IMG/VR virus record: IMGVR_UViG_3300020469_000021
Location: 40,957 to 104,956 of that record
Origin: a virus
Reading direction: 5' to 3' (one strand)
Length of the DNA stretch: 64,000 nt
Shown piece by piece: positions 53,117-63,530 of this stretch; position 1 is the first letter of the stretch; every line of letters begins with the position of its first letter. The notes beneath the pieces were generated by a model that saw only the letters and a list, made by a program, of their open reading frames with translations, was not told the DNA's origin and made no database searches. A program made the translations under genes and the position numbers.

Positions 53117-54054
53117 TGAAATTTCAATGCAAAATTTGCAAGGAAGAATTCGATTCCGAAGAAGCTCTTATAAAGCACATCAAGGTGCATTCTGTAACCC
53201 TAGCAGAATACTATACGACTTTTCACCCAAGATATAATTTACTTACCGGAGAACGGTTGCCATACAAAAACAAAAAAGACTATTTTTCTAAAGATTTTAC
53301 CACCAGAACTCAACTTAAAAAATGGTGCCAGACAAATCTTCAAGAAACAGTAAAATCTTACATATTGAAACTCCTTAGAGCTAGAGTAGAAGAAAAAAAC
53401 TTATCTCACGGCCCAAGCCACCTAGAACTACAATTGAGAATGTTGCCAGAAATAGAAGAGTATCAAAAACACTATGGAAGCTTTACCCGGGTTTGTGAAT
53501 TAGTTAATGTAAAACCGTTATTCTGCAATAGACTTCCTAATGACTTTTTTGAGGTAAACGTCCCGAAAAAAATGGAAATTATCGTAGATACCAGAGAAAA
53601 ACAACCACTGAACTTCAATTGTTTTGTCAAAAAAAAATTAGACATCGGAGACTACGCTTTAACTGATGAAAATACACTGACATTTGTTGATAGAAAAAGC
53701 GAAAGCGATTTCAAAAGCACTTTTACGGTAAAAAAGAATTTAGATAGATTTAAAAAAGAAATCAATCGAGCAGTAGAGTTAAATGGATACTTGTTTATCG
53801 TCATAGAAAGTAGTATTCAGGACATTTACAAAAACAACAACCAACGATGGCAGCACAAAAGCAATCTCGATTATCTTTGGCATAATATTATAGATATTGG
53901 GCACGAGTTTGCAGGTCGCTGCCAATTTGTTTTTTCTGGTAGCAGAGAAAACTCAGAAGATTTAATTCCAAGAATTCTTTACTATCAAGATAGAATATGG
54001 ACTGTTGACTTACAACATTATATGGATAGCTGGATAAAAAGGAGGAAAAAATGA
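53116..54054 (+). CDS. C2H2 zinc finger + ERCC4 (XPF/Mus81-type) nuclease
   Basis: CxxC-x12-HxxxH; IIVDTREK, LDIGDY, VDRKSESDF, FIVIE. Confidence 0.8.
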   Translation: MKFQCKICKEEFDSEEALIKHIKVHSVTLAEYYTTFHPRYNLLTGERLPYKNKKDYFSKDFTTRTQLKKWCQTNLQETVKSYILKLLRARVEEKNLSHGPSHLELQLRMLPEIEEYQKHYGSFTRVCELVNVKPLFCNRLPNDFFEVNVPKKMEIIVDTREKQPLNFNCFVKKKLDIGDYALTDENTLTFVDRKSESDFKSTFTVKKNLDRFKKEINRAVELNGYLFIVIESSIQDIYKNNNQRWQHKSNLDYLWHNIIDIGHEFAGRCQFVFSGSRENSEDLIPRILYYQDRIWTVDLQHYMDSWIKRRKK

Positions 54055-55928
54055 CTTGGGAGGAAGGCTCTAATCCTAATCCGGTAACAAAGGGTTCAGG
54101 ACAGTTAAATAAACAATTGCTTGAGATTGAAGGCTACTTAGAAGAAAATGAAGCAAAGATTGAGCTTTATAAATTTTTGCGCAGTAACATGACTTTTACA
54201 GTTGACTTAATATCAGGAGTAAAACTGTTCCCATTTCAGCATTTAGCAATTAAAAGCATGTTTGAGTCAGATTACTTTATGGGAGTATGGTCAAGAGGAA
54301 TGTCTAAATCTTTTACCACTGGAATATATGCTTTTTTAGATGCGATTTTAAATCAAGGTGTCGAAATAGGTATTTTATCTAAGTCTTTTAGGCAGGCAAA
54401 GATGATATTTAAGAAGATAGAGGATATAGCCGCAAAGCCAGAAGCAGGATTTTTAGCGCAATGCATAACTAAAAAAAGTAAAAGCAATGATGAGTGGTTA
54501 ATGGAAATCGGGTCTTCAAGAATTAGAGCTCTCCCTCTTGGTGACGGAGATAAGCTTCGCGGATTTAGATTTCATCGTATAATTATAGATGAGTTTGCTC
54601 TGATGCCTGAAAGAATTTACAATGAGGTTATTGTTCCATTTCTTTCTGTTGTAGAAAATCCTACAGAAAGAGAAGATTTAGACCAAGCAGAAGAAGAGCT
54701 AATACTTCAAGGCAAAATGGATAAAAAAGATAAACACGTTTGGCCAAACAATAAATTAATTATGCTATCTTCTGCATGTTATAAGTTTGAATATATGTAC
54801 AAGCTTTATGAGCAGTTTGAACAATTAATTAATGAGGCATCTCAAGACCCAACTTCTGCTAAAAGGGCTATAATGAAATTTAGTTATGACTGCGCTCCAA
54901 AACAGCTCTATGATCAAAATCTTATTACCCAAGCTAAATCTAGCATGAGTCAAAGTCAGTTTGAAAGAGAGTTTGGCGCAATATTTACAGATGATAGCTC
55001 AGGGTACTTTAAAACATCAACAATGGCTGCCTGCACAATACCAGATGGACAAGGGGCTCATATAGAAGTAAAAGGCGAGCCTGAATCAAAATATATTTTG
55101 TCTTTTGACCCAAGCTGGGCAGAATCAGAAAGTTCTGACAATTTTGCCATGCAAGTATTTAAGCTTGATGACGAAAAGAAAATTGGAACGATGGTCCATG
55201 GCTACGCTTTACCGGGAACAACACTAAGAGAGCATATAAAATACTTTCACTATTTACTTACTAACTTTAATATAGTATCAATTGTAGGTGACTATAATGG
55301 AGGAGTTCAATTTCTTAGCGCTGCAAATGAAAGTTCTATATTCAAAAAAGATAAACTTAAAATTGATCAAATAAAAGACGTAGATTTTACAAATGTAGTT
55401 GACTACCCGTCTGTTATAAAAGAAGCAAAAAAACAATACAATTTGCCCGATAAAAGAATTTGCTACTTGCAAAAACCTTCCAGCCCATGGATAAGGAGAG
55501 CCAACGAACTTTTGCAGGCCAACCTTGATCATAAAAGAATTAAGTTCGCCTGTCGGGCCGTGGACGACGCATATCACGCACAAAGGAAAAAGAAAATACC
55601 AATTAATAAAATAAAATTTTCCGTTCATACAGACGTAGACAAGCAGGCCGACTCAGCAAAAATGATAGATTTTGTTGAGCATCAAAGTGACATGATAGAT
55701 CTCACTAAATCTGAATGTGCATTAATCCAAATATCTACTTCCCCTCAGGGAACTCAAACTTTTGACTTGCCGCTAGAACTAAGAAGACAAACTGGTCCAG
55801 ACAAAATCAGGAAAGACTCTTATTCTGCGCTGGTATTAGGAAATTGGATGATTAAAGTATACTATGATATGATGCATGCACCTAAAGATGAAACTCAAGT
55901 TACCTTCACGCCAATGTTCGTTAGTTAA
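54051..55928 (+). CDS. terL: Terminase large subunit
   Basis: LFPFQ, SRGMSKS, LRGFRFHRIIIDE, LSSA, FEREFGAIF, nuclease SFDPS...SDNFA, KDSYSAL. Confidence 0.9.
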   Translation: MTWEEGSNPNPVTKGSGQLNKQLLEIEGYLEENEAKIELYKFLRSNMTFTVDLISGVKLFPFQHLAIKSMFESDYFMGVWSRGMSKSFTTGIYAFLDAILNQGVEIGILSKSFRQAKMIFKKIEDIAAKPEAGFLAQCITKKSKSNDEWLMEIGSSRIRALPLGDGDKLRGFRFHRIIIDEFALMPERIYNEVIVPFLSVVENPTEREDLDQAEEELILQGKMDKKDKHVWPNNKLIMLSSACYKFEYMYKLYEQFEQLINEASQDPTSAKRAIMKFSYDCAPKQLYDQNLITQAKSSMSQSQFEREFGAIFTDDSSGYFKTSTMAACTIPDGQGAHIEVKGEPESKYILSFDPSWAESESSDNFAMQVFKLDDEKKIGTMVHGYALPGTTLREHIKYFHYLLTNFNIVSIVGDYNGGVQFLSAANESSIFKKDKLKIDQIKDVDFTNVVDYPSVIKEAKKQYNLPDKRICYLQKPSSPWIRRANELLQANLDHKRIKFACRAVDDAYHAQRKKKIPINKIKFSVHTDVDKQADSAKMIDFVEHQSDMIDLTKSECALIQISTSPQGTQTFDLPLELRRQTGPDKIRKDSYSALVLGNWMIKVYYDMMHAPKDETQVTFTPMFVS

Positions 55929-55996
55929 AAGTCAACTTTAACTTTGTTTAACTTTAACTTTGACTTTGGCTATTCTTTCGTGTATAATACTTCATT

Positions 55997-58042
55997 ATGA
56001 CAAAAAGAAAGTATAATAAAAAGTCTTCTTATTGGGATAAGTTCGATCAAGACAAGGGTCAAGGAGTAGGATCTGTAGAGGATTTCTTTAAAACAAAAGT
56101 AGAGGATACCCAGCCTCAGTCTGCAGGGCAGCCTTATTATATAGAAGCTGGCACATCGTCATACATAAGAAAAACTAGCGAAGGAACCCGAACGCTGGGA
56201 CGGCGTAATGCAATTACATCTGGAGATAAAGAGAAACGATTTGCAAATATAAGAAAAGGCATGCTTCCTTATGAATATGGAGCAGATGGAATAAATATAA
56301 AAGATGCTATAGATTTATGCCAGAAGGCTTATGCAAATATATCTATATTCAAAAATGCCATTGATATTATGTCAGAGTTAACTAATTCTGAAATAAAGCT
56401 GGAAGGAGGCTCTGAAAAAGCTCGAGCTTTTATTGAGAAGTGGTTTGAGAAAATAAATATATGGGGCTTGAAAGATCAATACTTTAGAGAATATTATAAA
56501 ACGGGTAATATCTTTTTGTATAGAATTGATGGAAAATTTAGCACCGAAGACTTTGCTAAGTTAACTAAAGTATACGGAGCAGCAGGACAGCTTAAGGCCA
56601 ATCATATTCCAATAAAATATATTCTTTTGAATCCTTTTGATATTGCTATGAAGCCAAAGACCTCATTTTCTGGGTCTAACTTTAGGAAGGTTTTATCAAA
56701 GTATGACCTTGAGCGATTAAGAAACCCGACGACAGAAGAAGATAAGGCAATATTTGATGCGCTTCCAGAAGAAAAAAAAGCTGAAATTAAAAAAGGTCAA
56801 TTTATAGACACAGGAATTTATATAGATTTAGAGCCCGAAAAACTTTCTTATAGTTTTTATAAAAAACAAGACTACGAGCCTTTTGCCGTGCCTTTTGGGT
56901 TTCCTGTATTGGATGATATTAACTGGAAGCTAGAACTCAAAAAAATTGATCAAGCAGTAAGCAGAACAATTGAAAATGTAATACTCCTTATAACAATGGG
57001 CGCCGAGCCCGACAAAGGAGGTATTAATGCAAATAACTTACATGCGATGCAAGCGCTGTTCCAAAACGAAAGCGTGGGCAGGGTGCTAGTCAGTGACTAT
57101 ACTACAGAAGCAGAATTTATTATACCTGATATATCAAAAATAATTGGCCCCGACAAATATGAAATTGTTAACAATGATATTAGGGAAGGCCTACAGAATG
57201 TAGTAGTTGGTAATGAAAAATTTGCAAACACTCAGGTTAAGGCAGAGATATTCCTAGAAAGACTAAAAGAAGCTAGACACGCTTTTATTCACGATTTTAT
57301 TCAGCCGCAAATAAAACTAATATGTAGAAATCTGGGATTCAGAAAATTTCCTGCAGCAAGATTTGAACAGCTAGATATAAAAGACGAAGTTCAGCTTCAA
57401 AGAGTAGCTACGAGACTTATGGAAATTGGTATACTTACGCCTCAGCAAGGAGTGGACGTAATAAAAACCGGAATCTACCCGAAGCCAGAGGAGTTGTCTC
57501 CTGCTCAAGAACAGTACGCAAAGGAAAGAGAGAAGGGGTATTATAATCCTTTAGTTGGCGGAGTGCCCGCTGTTGAAGCTGCTGGCGCCGAAGAAGAAAG
57601 AGAAATTAAAGAGAAAGCAATAAAGTCTAAGCCTGCCGCCCCAGCTGCACCTCAAAATCTTAATCAGCAGGTGACTCCTAATCAAAACGGACGTCCACCG
57701 GGCGCAACTGCGTCTGAATCTGGTAAGCCAAATTATAGCAGAAAGAATATTCAAGAAACTGTATATAAAATAGAGTCTCTGAGATCTCACGCTACAAAGA
57801 GTATTAAGGATAAATTTTCAGTAAAGAGGCTTAACAAGCAGCAAAGCGAAATGCTTGATAGTTTTGTTGAAGCTGTTGTGTGCGCAAAAGAAAAAGATGA
57901 ATGGGAATCTTCTGTTGATGCGTGCATAAAAAATATCGATGAATTGGAAAAGCTATCCTCAATACAAGGAGTCCTTAATATTTCTGCCACCCATGAGTTA
58001 GAGCAGTACCCTTCGGCAATTCTATATCACTCTGAAGAATAA
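55997..58042 (+). CDS. Portal protein
   Basis: Between terL and protease; AIDIMSEL, EYYKTGNIF, YEPFAVPF; size. Confidence 0.75.
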   Translation: MTKRKYNKKSSYWDKFDQDKGQGVGSVEDFFKTKVEDTQPQSAGQPYYIEAGTSSYIRKTSEGTRTLGRRNAITSGDKEKRFANIRKGMLPYEYGADGINIKDAIDLCQKAYANISIFKNAIDIMSELTNSEIKLEGGSEKARAFIEKWFEKINIWGLKDQYFREYYKTGNIFLYRIDGKFSTEDFAKLTKVYGAAGQLKANHIPIKYILLNPFDIAMKPKTSFSGSNFRKVLSKYDLERLRNPTTEEDKAIFDALPEEKKAEIKKGQFIDTGIYIDLEPEKLSYSFYKKQDYEPFAVPFGFPVLDDINWKLELKKIDQAVSRTIENVILLITMGAEPDKGGINANNLHAMQALFQNESVGRVLVSDYTTEAEFIIPDISKIIGPDKYEIVNNDIREGLQNVVVGNEKFANTQVKAEIFLERLKEARHAFIHDFIQPQIKLICRNLGFRKFPAARFEQLDIKDEVQLQRVATRLMEIGILTPQQGVDVIKTGIYPKPEELSPAQEQYAKEREKGYYNPLVGGVPAVEAAGAEEEREIKEKAIKSKPAAPAAPQNLNQQVTPNQNGRPPGATASESGKPNYSRKNIQETVYKIESLRSHATKSIKDKFSVKRLNKQQSEMLDSFVEAVVCAKEKDEWESSVDACIKNIDELEKLSSIQGVLNISATHELEQYPSAILYHSEE

Positions 58043-58086
58043 ACTTTTGTAAATTACAATCTTTTTGTGTATAATACTTAGAATGC

Positions 58087-59703
58087 ATGAAAAGGCCTTT
58101 TAAATATATTACAAAATTTACTGGGGAAATAACAGCTTCTTCTTCTGTGGATGATCCGCAGATGAATATTACCGAAGCTTCACTTGAGTCTCTTAGACCG
58201 CTGATCCCTGATGATATCGACTTCGAGCAGAATGTTGATTTAGTGGCGGTTGCATTCAACGCTGCCGTGGTAAATATGTTTAATAAAAACGGCGACGGTA
58301 TAGATACCGAAACAGCTCTTGCTGTAGTAGACTACTTTAATCATAAACCAACTAATGTAGAACATGAAAGAGATAACATAGTTGGGCATATTGTATCTAG
58401 CTCTTTTTCCACATATGCAGATAATAAGATTTTATCAAAGACTGAAGCTTCTGGGACTTTTCAGCCTTTTAATATTTCTTTGGCCGCTGTTTTATACAAA
58501 ATGGCTGGCGGCCCTTTTGCTCAAATGATAGAGATGATGGCCAACGCAGAAGGTAGCTATAATGAATATATTTCAGCCAGCTGGGAAGTAGGCTTCAATG
58601 ATTACGTAATTGCAGTAGGAAGTAAGAATCTATCTGAATGTGAAATCATTACAGAAGCAAATGGAATAAAAGAATATTCAAAATTTTTAAAATGTAATCA
58701 GGGTGAGGGTAAAACTAAAGACGGATCCCCAGTTTATAGACTACTTAGTGGAGACGTTTATCCTCTAGGAGTCGGCTTTACAACTAACCCCGCTGCAGAT
58801 GTCAAAGGAATTCATGTAGAAAAATCAAGCCCCGAAAAGCAAGAAGAAAAAGAAGAGGACTATGCAGAATATAAAAATTTTTATATAAATAATTTAGAAT
58901 TTTTAAAAAAAATTAAAAATAATAAAGAAATAATTTCCCAATGCTCCGAAGAGCATGTAAAAACTACAAACACCAAAAAAGTTATGGAAAACTCTCAACT
59001 TATCGAAGAATTCACCAAAGCGCTTAAAGACGTAAAGTCAGAAAAGAGCTTTTCGGACGAAGCAGTTGCTAATCTCGGACAAATCTTTCGTGATGCCATT
59101 AAGGAAAAAAACGAACAGTATGTCGAAGAAATTGAGCAGGCTAAAACTGAAAAGGAAAGTCTACTAAAAGCTCAAGCAGATTTCGAAACCAAAGTTTTTG
59201 ATCTCGAAGGCCAGTTGAAAGACACAAAAGAGTCTCTCAGCCAGCTAGAAGAAGATAACAAGGTTCGCGAAGCTGCTGAAAGGTTTCAAGTCCGCATGGC
59301 TGCTGTGAATGAAATTTATCAACTAAGCGAAGATGACAGCAAAATTCTTGTTGCTGAAATCAAGTCGCTTGACGAATCCGAAGAATCATTTTCGGAATAC
59401 CAAGAAAAACTTGCTGTAGTATGGGCTCATAAGAATAAAGAGCACATTGCTAAGCAAGAAGAATCTTTGAAAGAAAAAATCGACGAAGAAGTTGAAAAAC
59501 GTCTCGCCGAACTTTCTACAGCTTCAGAAGAGGCTGCAACAGAGGAAGTAACAGAAGAAGTCGTTGACTCAGCATTGGAAAATGCCGAAGAAACTGACGA
59601 AGTTGTTGCTAACAATAATGCAGAAGTTTCTGAAGAAGAACTAACACTAAAGCAAAAATTCAAACAAGCTTTTACTAAAGAACACGTAACTGTTAACTAC
59701 TAA
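58087..59703 (+). CDS. Prohead protease-scaffold fusion
   Basis: FNKNGDG, NVEH, SASWE, GFTTNPA N-terminal domain; acidic coiled-coil C-terminus. Confidence 0.75.
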   Translation: MKRPFKYITKFTGEITASSSVDDPQMNITEASLESLRPLIPDDIDFEQNVDLVAVAFNAAVVNMFNKNGDGIDTETALAVVDYFNHKPTNVEHERDNIVGHIVSSSFSTYADNKILSKTEASGTFQPFNISLAAVLYKMAGGPFAQMIEMMANAEGSYNEYISASWEVGFNDYVIAVGSKNLSECEIITEANGIKEYSKFLKCNQGEGKTKDGSPVYRLLSGDVYPLGVGFTTNPAADVKGIHVEKSSPEKQEEKEEDYAEYKNFYINNLEFLKKIKNNKEIISQCSEEHVKTTNTKKVMENSQLIEEFTKALKDVKSEKSFSDEAVANLGQIFRDAIKEKNEQYVEEIEQAKTEKESLLKAQADFETKVFDLEGQLKDTKESLSQLEEDNKVREAAERFQVRMAAVNEIYQLSEDDSKILVAEIKSLDESEESFSEYQEKLAVVWAHKNKEHIAKQEESLKEKIDEEVEKRLAELSTASEEAATEEVTEEVVDSALENAEETDEVVANNNAEVSEEELTLKQKFKQAFTKEHVTVNY

Positions 59704-59709
59704 ACTACA

Positions 59710-60384
59710 ATGGCTAATCGACTTCTACCATTCAGAGATTATGACGAACATGACGTCATAAATTTATTCGCGCTTGCTGCTGCCGACGTAAACGATAAAC
59801 TTACCACAACAGGTAAAGGTGACGCCGGAGTAGTTGTAAAATTAACGTCAACTGCTACTGCTGCAGACAATACCCCCGAAGGTTGGGACCTTAATAAGGC
59901 TCCAGTAACTTACGGTGCAGATACTGGAAACTACATGATGGGCGATCATACGATCCCTCACTTGGGATCAAATGGATATCCATCTGCTTCTCTTGAAATG
60001 GCTGCATGTGCAGGCACTGCTGGAGAATCTGTATTTGGAATCACCCTTCGCCAAACTGCTAAGTTCGACGAAAACGGAGAAAACTTACTCCGTTACCCCG
60101 TAAAGAAAGATGAACACATGGCGGTATCTCCCGGTCAAGTAGTTCCAGTTCTTACCAAAGGTTTAGTCATGGTTGATGCCAAGGCAATTGCCGATTCTGC
60201 AGCTGACGCTTCGTTAAAAGCTGGTGCAGCAATTTACGCATTGGCCAACGGATGCATGTCAACAAAAACAGCTACAGGCGTTAGAATTGGAACAGTACTC
60301 GCTATTGGTTCTCGCGCCAAGCAAGGCTCATCCAATATTGACATTCACGAAGGTACTTTTGCCTTGGTTAAGCTCGAACTTTAA
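59710..60384 (+). CDS. Capsid decoration/cement protein
   Basis: Between scaffold and MCP; Gly/Ala-rich, GITL...VPVLTKG. Confidence 0.6.
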   Translation: MANRLLPFRDYDEHDVINLFALAAADVNDKLTTTGKGDAGVVVKLTSTATAADNTPEGWDLNKAPVTYGADTGNYMMGDHTIPHLGSNGYPSASLEMAACAGTAGESVFGITLRQTAKFDENGENLLRYPVKKDEHMAVSPGQVVPVLTKGLVMVDAKAIADSAADASLKAGAAIYALANGCMSTKTATGVRIGTVLAIGSRAKQGSSNIDIHEGTFALVKLEL

Positions 60385-60415
60385 TTTCAAACTTTAACTC
60401 AGGGACACTATAACA

Positions 60416-61594
60416 ATGAATATCACACTCAAAAGAACAGAAGAACAGCTCGAACTCGTAAAGGCAATGGCCTCCAAGGACAGGGACGTTGCTTATGAAG
60501 CACAAGCCGCCCTTGCAGAATTCATTGCGCCTGTGCTCGCTGAGGTAATCCAGCAAGCTCCTACGTTGAGCAACATGTTTAAAACGCTAAGCTTCACTGC
60601 TGACGACAACCCCAGCATTCCTCTGGATTTGTACTTCGACATTACCGACGAAGATTACATCGAAATCTGGAGCCAAAATGCCCCCGGTGGTCTTCCCAGC
60701 AATCAAGTTGCTCCAACGACTCAAGAGCTCAAGTTCACGACTTATCGTCTGGACAGCGCACTTAGCTTCGATAAGAAGTATGTCGCACGCTCTCGGATGG
60801 ATGTTTTAAGTAAGACATTCACTCGTATGGCTCAAGAACTTCTCCTTAAAATGGAGTCGACTTCTGCTAATATGATCTTGTCGGTGCTTTCTAAAGCTAA
60901 AACAAACGACGTTAGTCACACATTGACAAACACACAAGCTGGTCGTATTCTTCTTCACGACTTTAACAGGATGCTTACTGTTTCCAAGAGAATTCACACT
61001 TCTTTTACAGGTGGAACACCAGTAGGTGGAGTAAGCGGAATTACTGACCTTATCGTTTCTCCAGAGGTTGTTGAAAACCTTCGTGAAATGGCTTACAATC
61101 CAGTCAACACACGTGGAGTTTCAGGTGATTCTCAAGATATTGTTCTCTCCGGCGACTCAGAAACCATAACCGTAGATAATAAGGGCGCAGGAGTAATCCC
61201 CGCCACTGATTCTATGAGAGATGCTATCTATGCTAACGGCGGAATTCCTGAGTTTTACGGAATCAACATTCAAGAATCTCTTGAGTTTGGTCCTGCAGCC
61301 AAGTACACCAAGGTCTATCGTAGCCTTCTTAAGACAGACGGTTCAACCACTGTTAATCAAAACGCTTTTAATGCCAACGATGACGATCTCATCCTCGGTA
61401 TTGATCGTAGTCGTGCAGACATGATGGTCCGCGCAGTTGCAAGCGATGCTGACAATGGAGCCGAGCTTTCCTTGGTACCAGACGATCAGTTCGTTAGCCG
61501 TCAGCAAAAAGTTGGCTACTACGGTTCGGTCGAAGAAGGTCGTATGATCCTCGACAACCGTGTACTGTACGGTATGCATGTTAACGCCGCTTAA
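60416..61594 (+). CDS. Major capsid protein
   Basis: 392 aa, position, high-expression codon bias, TDLIVSPE, followed by a terminator. Confidence 0.8.
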   Translation: MNITLKRTEEQLELVKAMASKDRDVAYEAQAALAEFIAPVLAEVIQQAPTLSNMFKTLSFTADDNPSIPLDLYFDITDEDYIEIWSQNAPGGLPSNQVAPTTQELKFTTYRLDSALSFDKKYVARSRMDVLSKTFTRMAQELLLKMESTSANMILSVLSKAKTNDVSHTLTNTQAGRILLHDFNRMLTVSKRIHTSFTGGTPVGGVSGITDLIVSPEVVENLREMAYNPVNTRGVSGDSQDIVLSGDSETITVDNKGAGVIPATDSMRDAIYANGGIPEFYGINIQESLEFGPAAKYTKVYRSLLKTDGSTTVNQNAFNANDDDLILGIDRSRADMMVRAVASDADNGAELSLVPDDQFVSRQQKVGYYGSVEEGRMILDNRVLYGMHVNAA

Positions 61595-61620
61595 TTCGGT
61601 TAAGACATTGTTTCTCAAAA

Positions 61621-61647
61621 AATCCACTCTTCTTGAGTGGATTTTTT
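61621..61647 (+). terminator. Rho-independent terminator after MCP
   Basis: AATCCACTC-TTCTT-GAGTGGATT + T run. Confidence 0.85.
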
Positions 61648-61688
61648 GTGTATATAGGGTATAATAAGAAAAGGAGAAAGGTTACACC

Positions 61689-62075
61689 ATGCCAAAGAAA
61701 TCAAAAACTACTACAAGGAAACCCCGCGCAAGTAAAACCAAGAAACCTATGGAGTTTGCAGACGGAAAAGTTCAAAGCAAAGAAGACAGAATAGAAGAGC
61801 TTCGTAGACTAGAAAAAGCAATAGGTATCACTCGTTCAAATCCTTTTAGGACGGAAGACGAAGAAGAGTTTAATGAAAAAATAGCAGAAATGAATCTGAC
61901 AGATATGCAAGCTTTAGCTGTTAGGGCTGGAGTGTTTCCTTCTGGAACTCGCCCCATCCTCAGAAATAAACTCAAGAAGGCTTTTCATGCCGCAAGAATA
62001 GGAACTATTGCATCACAGTCAAGACCTGTAATAGACCCAAGATCAGAAGAGTATAAAAGGATAACCGGACAATAA
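61689..62075 (+). CDS. Hypothetical basic protein
   Basis: AGGAG upstream; MNLTDMQALAxxAG helical motif. Confidence 0.6.
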   Translation: MPKKSKTTTRKPRASKTKKPMEFADGKVQSKEDRIEELRRLEKAIGITRSNPFRTEDEEEFNEKIAEMNLTDMQALAVRAGVFPSGTRPILRNKLKKAFHAARIGTIASQSRPVIDPRSEEYKRITGQ

Positions 62076-62076
62076 A

Positions 62077-62730
62077 ATGTCAACTCCGACGCCAACTCCG
62101 ACCCCGACCCCGACGCCAACTCCAACTCCGACCCCGACGCCAACTCCGACCCCGACGCCAACTCCGACCCCGACGCCAACTCCGGCTTATATTCCAAGCG
62201 ACATTGAAAAACTTTCAGAAGACATATTAAATGTCGAACTAGATCATGTAACTGGATCTGCAAGAGTAGCCTTAAAGTCAACTGTATCTGGATATTTAGC
62301 TACCAATGTCGGGCAAATGAATGTATTGATTAATACTCAGTTTGGAGTAGATGAAAATGCTAATTTTTGTCCTTCGCTAAAACTTGAAGAAAAAGCTATT
62401 CTTACTCAGCTATACCTAAAAGATTTCTATACAAAAGAGTCTAGGAAAGCTACAATTGGAGTTGCTACATCTTCTTCCTCTACTGATGGGGGAAGCTCAG
62501 CAGAAGGTGGGGAATGGATATCAATACAAGAAGGAGATACGGTAATTAGAAGAAGCGCTACAAGCTCAACTCCTGCACAAAAAATTGAATCAGCAAAAAT
62601 ATTTAAGGGTCAAGCTTTAGATTCAGAAGAGAAACTAAATAAGTTAATTCACTCTTATAACATGTATCAATCTGTTCCTGTTCAAGTTGCAGGGATGGAC
62701 GCTGCACTGTTCCCTTCTGGGCAATATTAA
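62077..62730 (+). CDS. Probable head-tail connector/virion protein with N-terminal (TP)17
   Basis: Position after MCP; SIQEGDTVIRR motif. Confidence 0.55.
   Translation: MSTPTPTPTPTPTPTPTPTPTPTPTPTPTPTPTPTPAYIPSDIEKLSEDILNVELDHVTGSARVALKSTVSGYLATNVGQMNVLINTQFGVDENANFCPSLKLEEKAILTQLYLKDFYTKESRKATIGVATSSSSTDGGSSAEGGEWISIQEGDTVIRRSATSSTPAQKIESAKIFKGQALDSEEKLNKLIHSYNMYQSVPVQVAGMDAALFPSGQY
62083..62184 (+). repeat. Hexamer tandem repeat ACNCCR x17 (Thr-Pro)
   Basis: Directly visible. Confidence 0.95.
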
Positions 62731-63428
62731 TCTTTATTGCCTTTTTTCTTCGGGCAAAGATTTTCTATTATACTTTGTCTTGTTTTATTATTTGCGTGAT
62801 ACCAGTGCCACATAAGATCCTTACGCATATCTAATATCTTTTGTTCTTTAGATTCAATTTCTTTTTCTAGAAATTCTAATTGCTCCATAGATAACTCATC
62901 TGCATCAATCTTAAGGTCTGTAGCAACATCCATGAGCACATGAAAATCACAATTTTCTTTTGCTTCTGTAGCGGCCAAATATAATTCCGTCATCTCTTCA
63001 GCGATTTCATCTGATTCTTGCTGGAACTTATCTGGGTGAGTTTGTAAAACAATTTGCCTAAAAACGCTTTTAACCTCTTCGGAATCAAATATTTTTTTCT
63101 TTTTTTTAGAAACTTTCTTATCTTTATTTTCTTGTTGAGTTAAAGGGCTCATTCGATCAGGATTTTCTTTACAGAAATTCATAATGCTTTTAATGCACTT
63201 TTGTCGTGCTTTTTCAAAAATTTCTTTAGTATCATCGTATTCCATATTCACATACTTAGAACGATGCTTTAACTTCTTAAATAGATTATTCTTATACTCG
63301 TTGCTGTTGGAAGATTTTTTATTTTTTTTATTATTAGGTTTAGATTTGCCTTTATTATTAGGACGCAAATCTTTCGATAGTGGATTCATATTCTTCCACT
63401 TTCTAAAAGCTTCAAAAGGATCATTCAT
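62727..63428 (-). CDS. J-domain (DnaJ-type) co-chaperone protein
   Basis: EVKSVFRQIVLQTHPDK...LYLAATEA. Confidence 0.7.
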   Translation of the reverse strand: MNDPFEAFRKWKNMNPLSKDLRPNNKGKSKPNNKKNKKSSNSNEYKNNLFKKLKHRSKYVNMEYDDTKEIFEKARQKCIKSIMNFCKENPDRMSPLTQQENKDKKVSKKKKKIFDSEEVKSVFRQIVLQTHPDKFQQESDEIAEEMTELYLAATEAKENCDFHVLMDVATDLKIDADELSMEQLEFLEKEIESKEQKILDMRKDLMWHWYHANNKTRQSIIENLCPKKKGNKD

Positions 63429-63463
63429 TAATTAATAATACACACGGGTTAAATTATTTAAAG

Positions 63464-63492
63464 AAAAAAAGAGGGCGACCGAAGTCGCCCCC
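63464..63492 (-). terminator. Rho-independent terminator (minus strand)
   Basis: GGGCGAC-TTCG-GTCGCCC followed by a T run on the minus strand. Confidence 0.85.
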
Positions 63493-63530
63493 TGATTCAA
63501 AAATTTTAGCAAAATTATTAAGAGATGAGA

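Noticed and set aside
61985-62281. Minus ORF with ELASGS repeats
   Set aside because: Antisense reading of the Thr-Pro repeat
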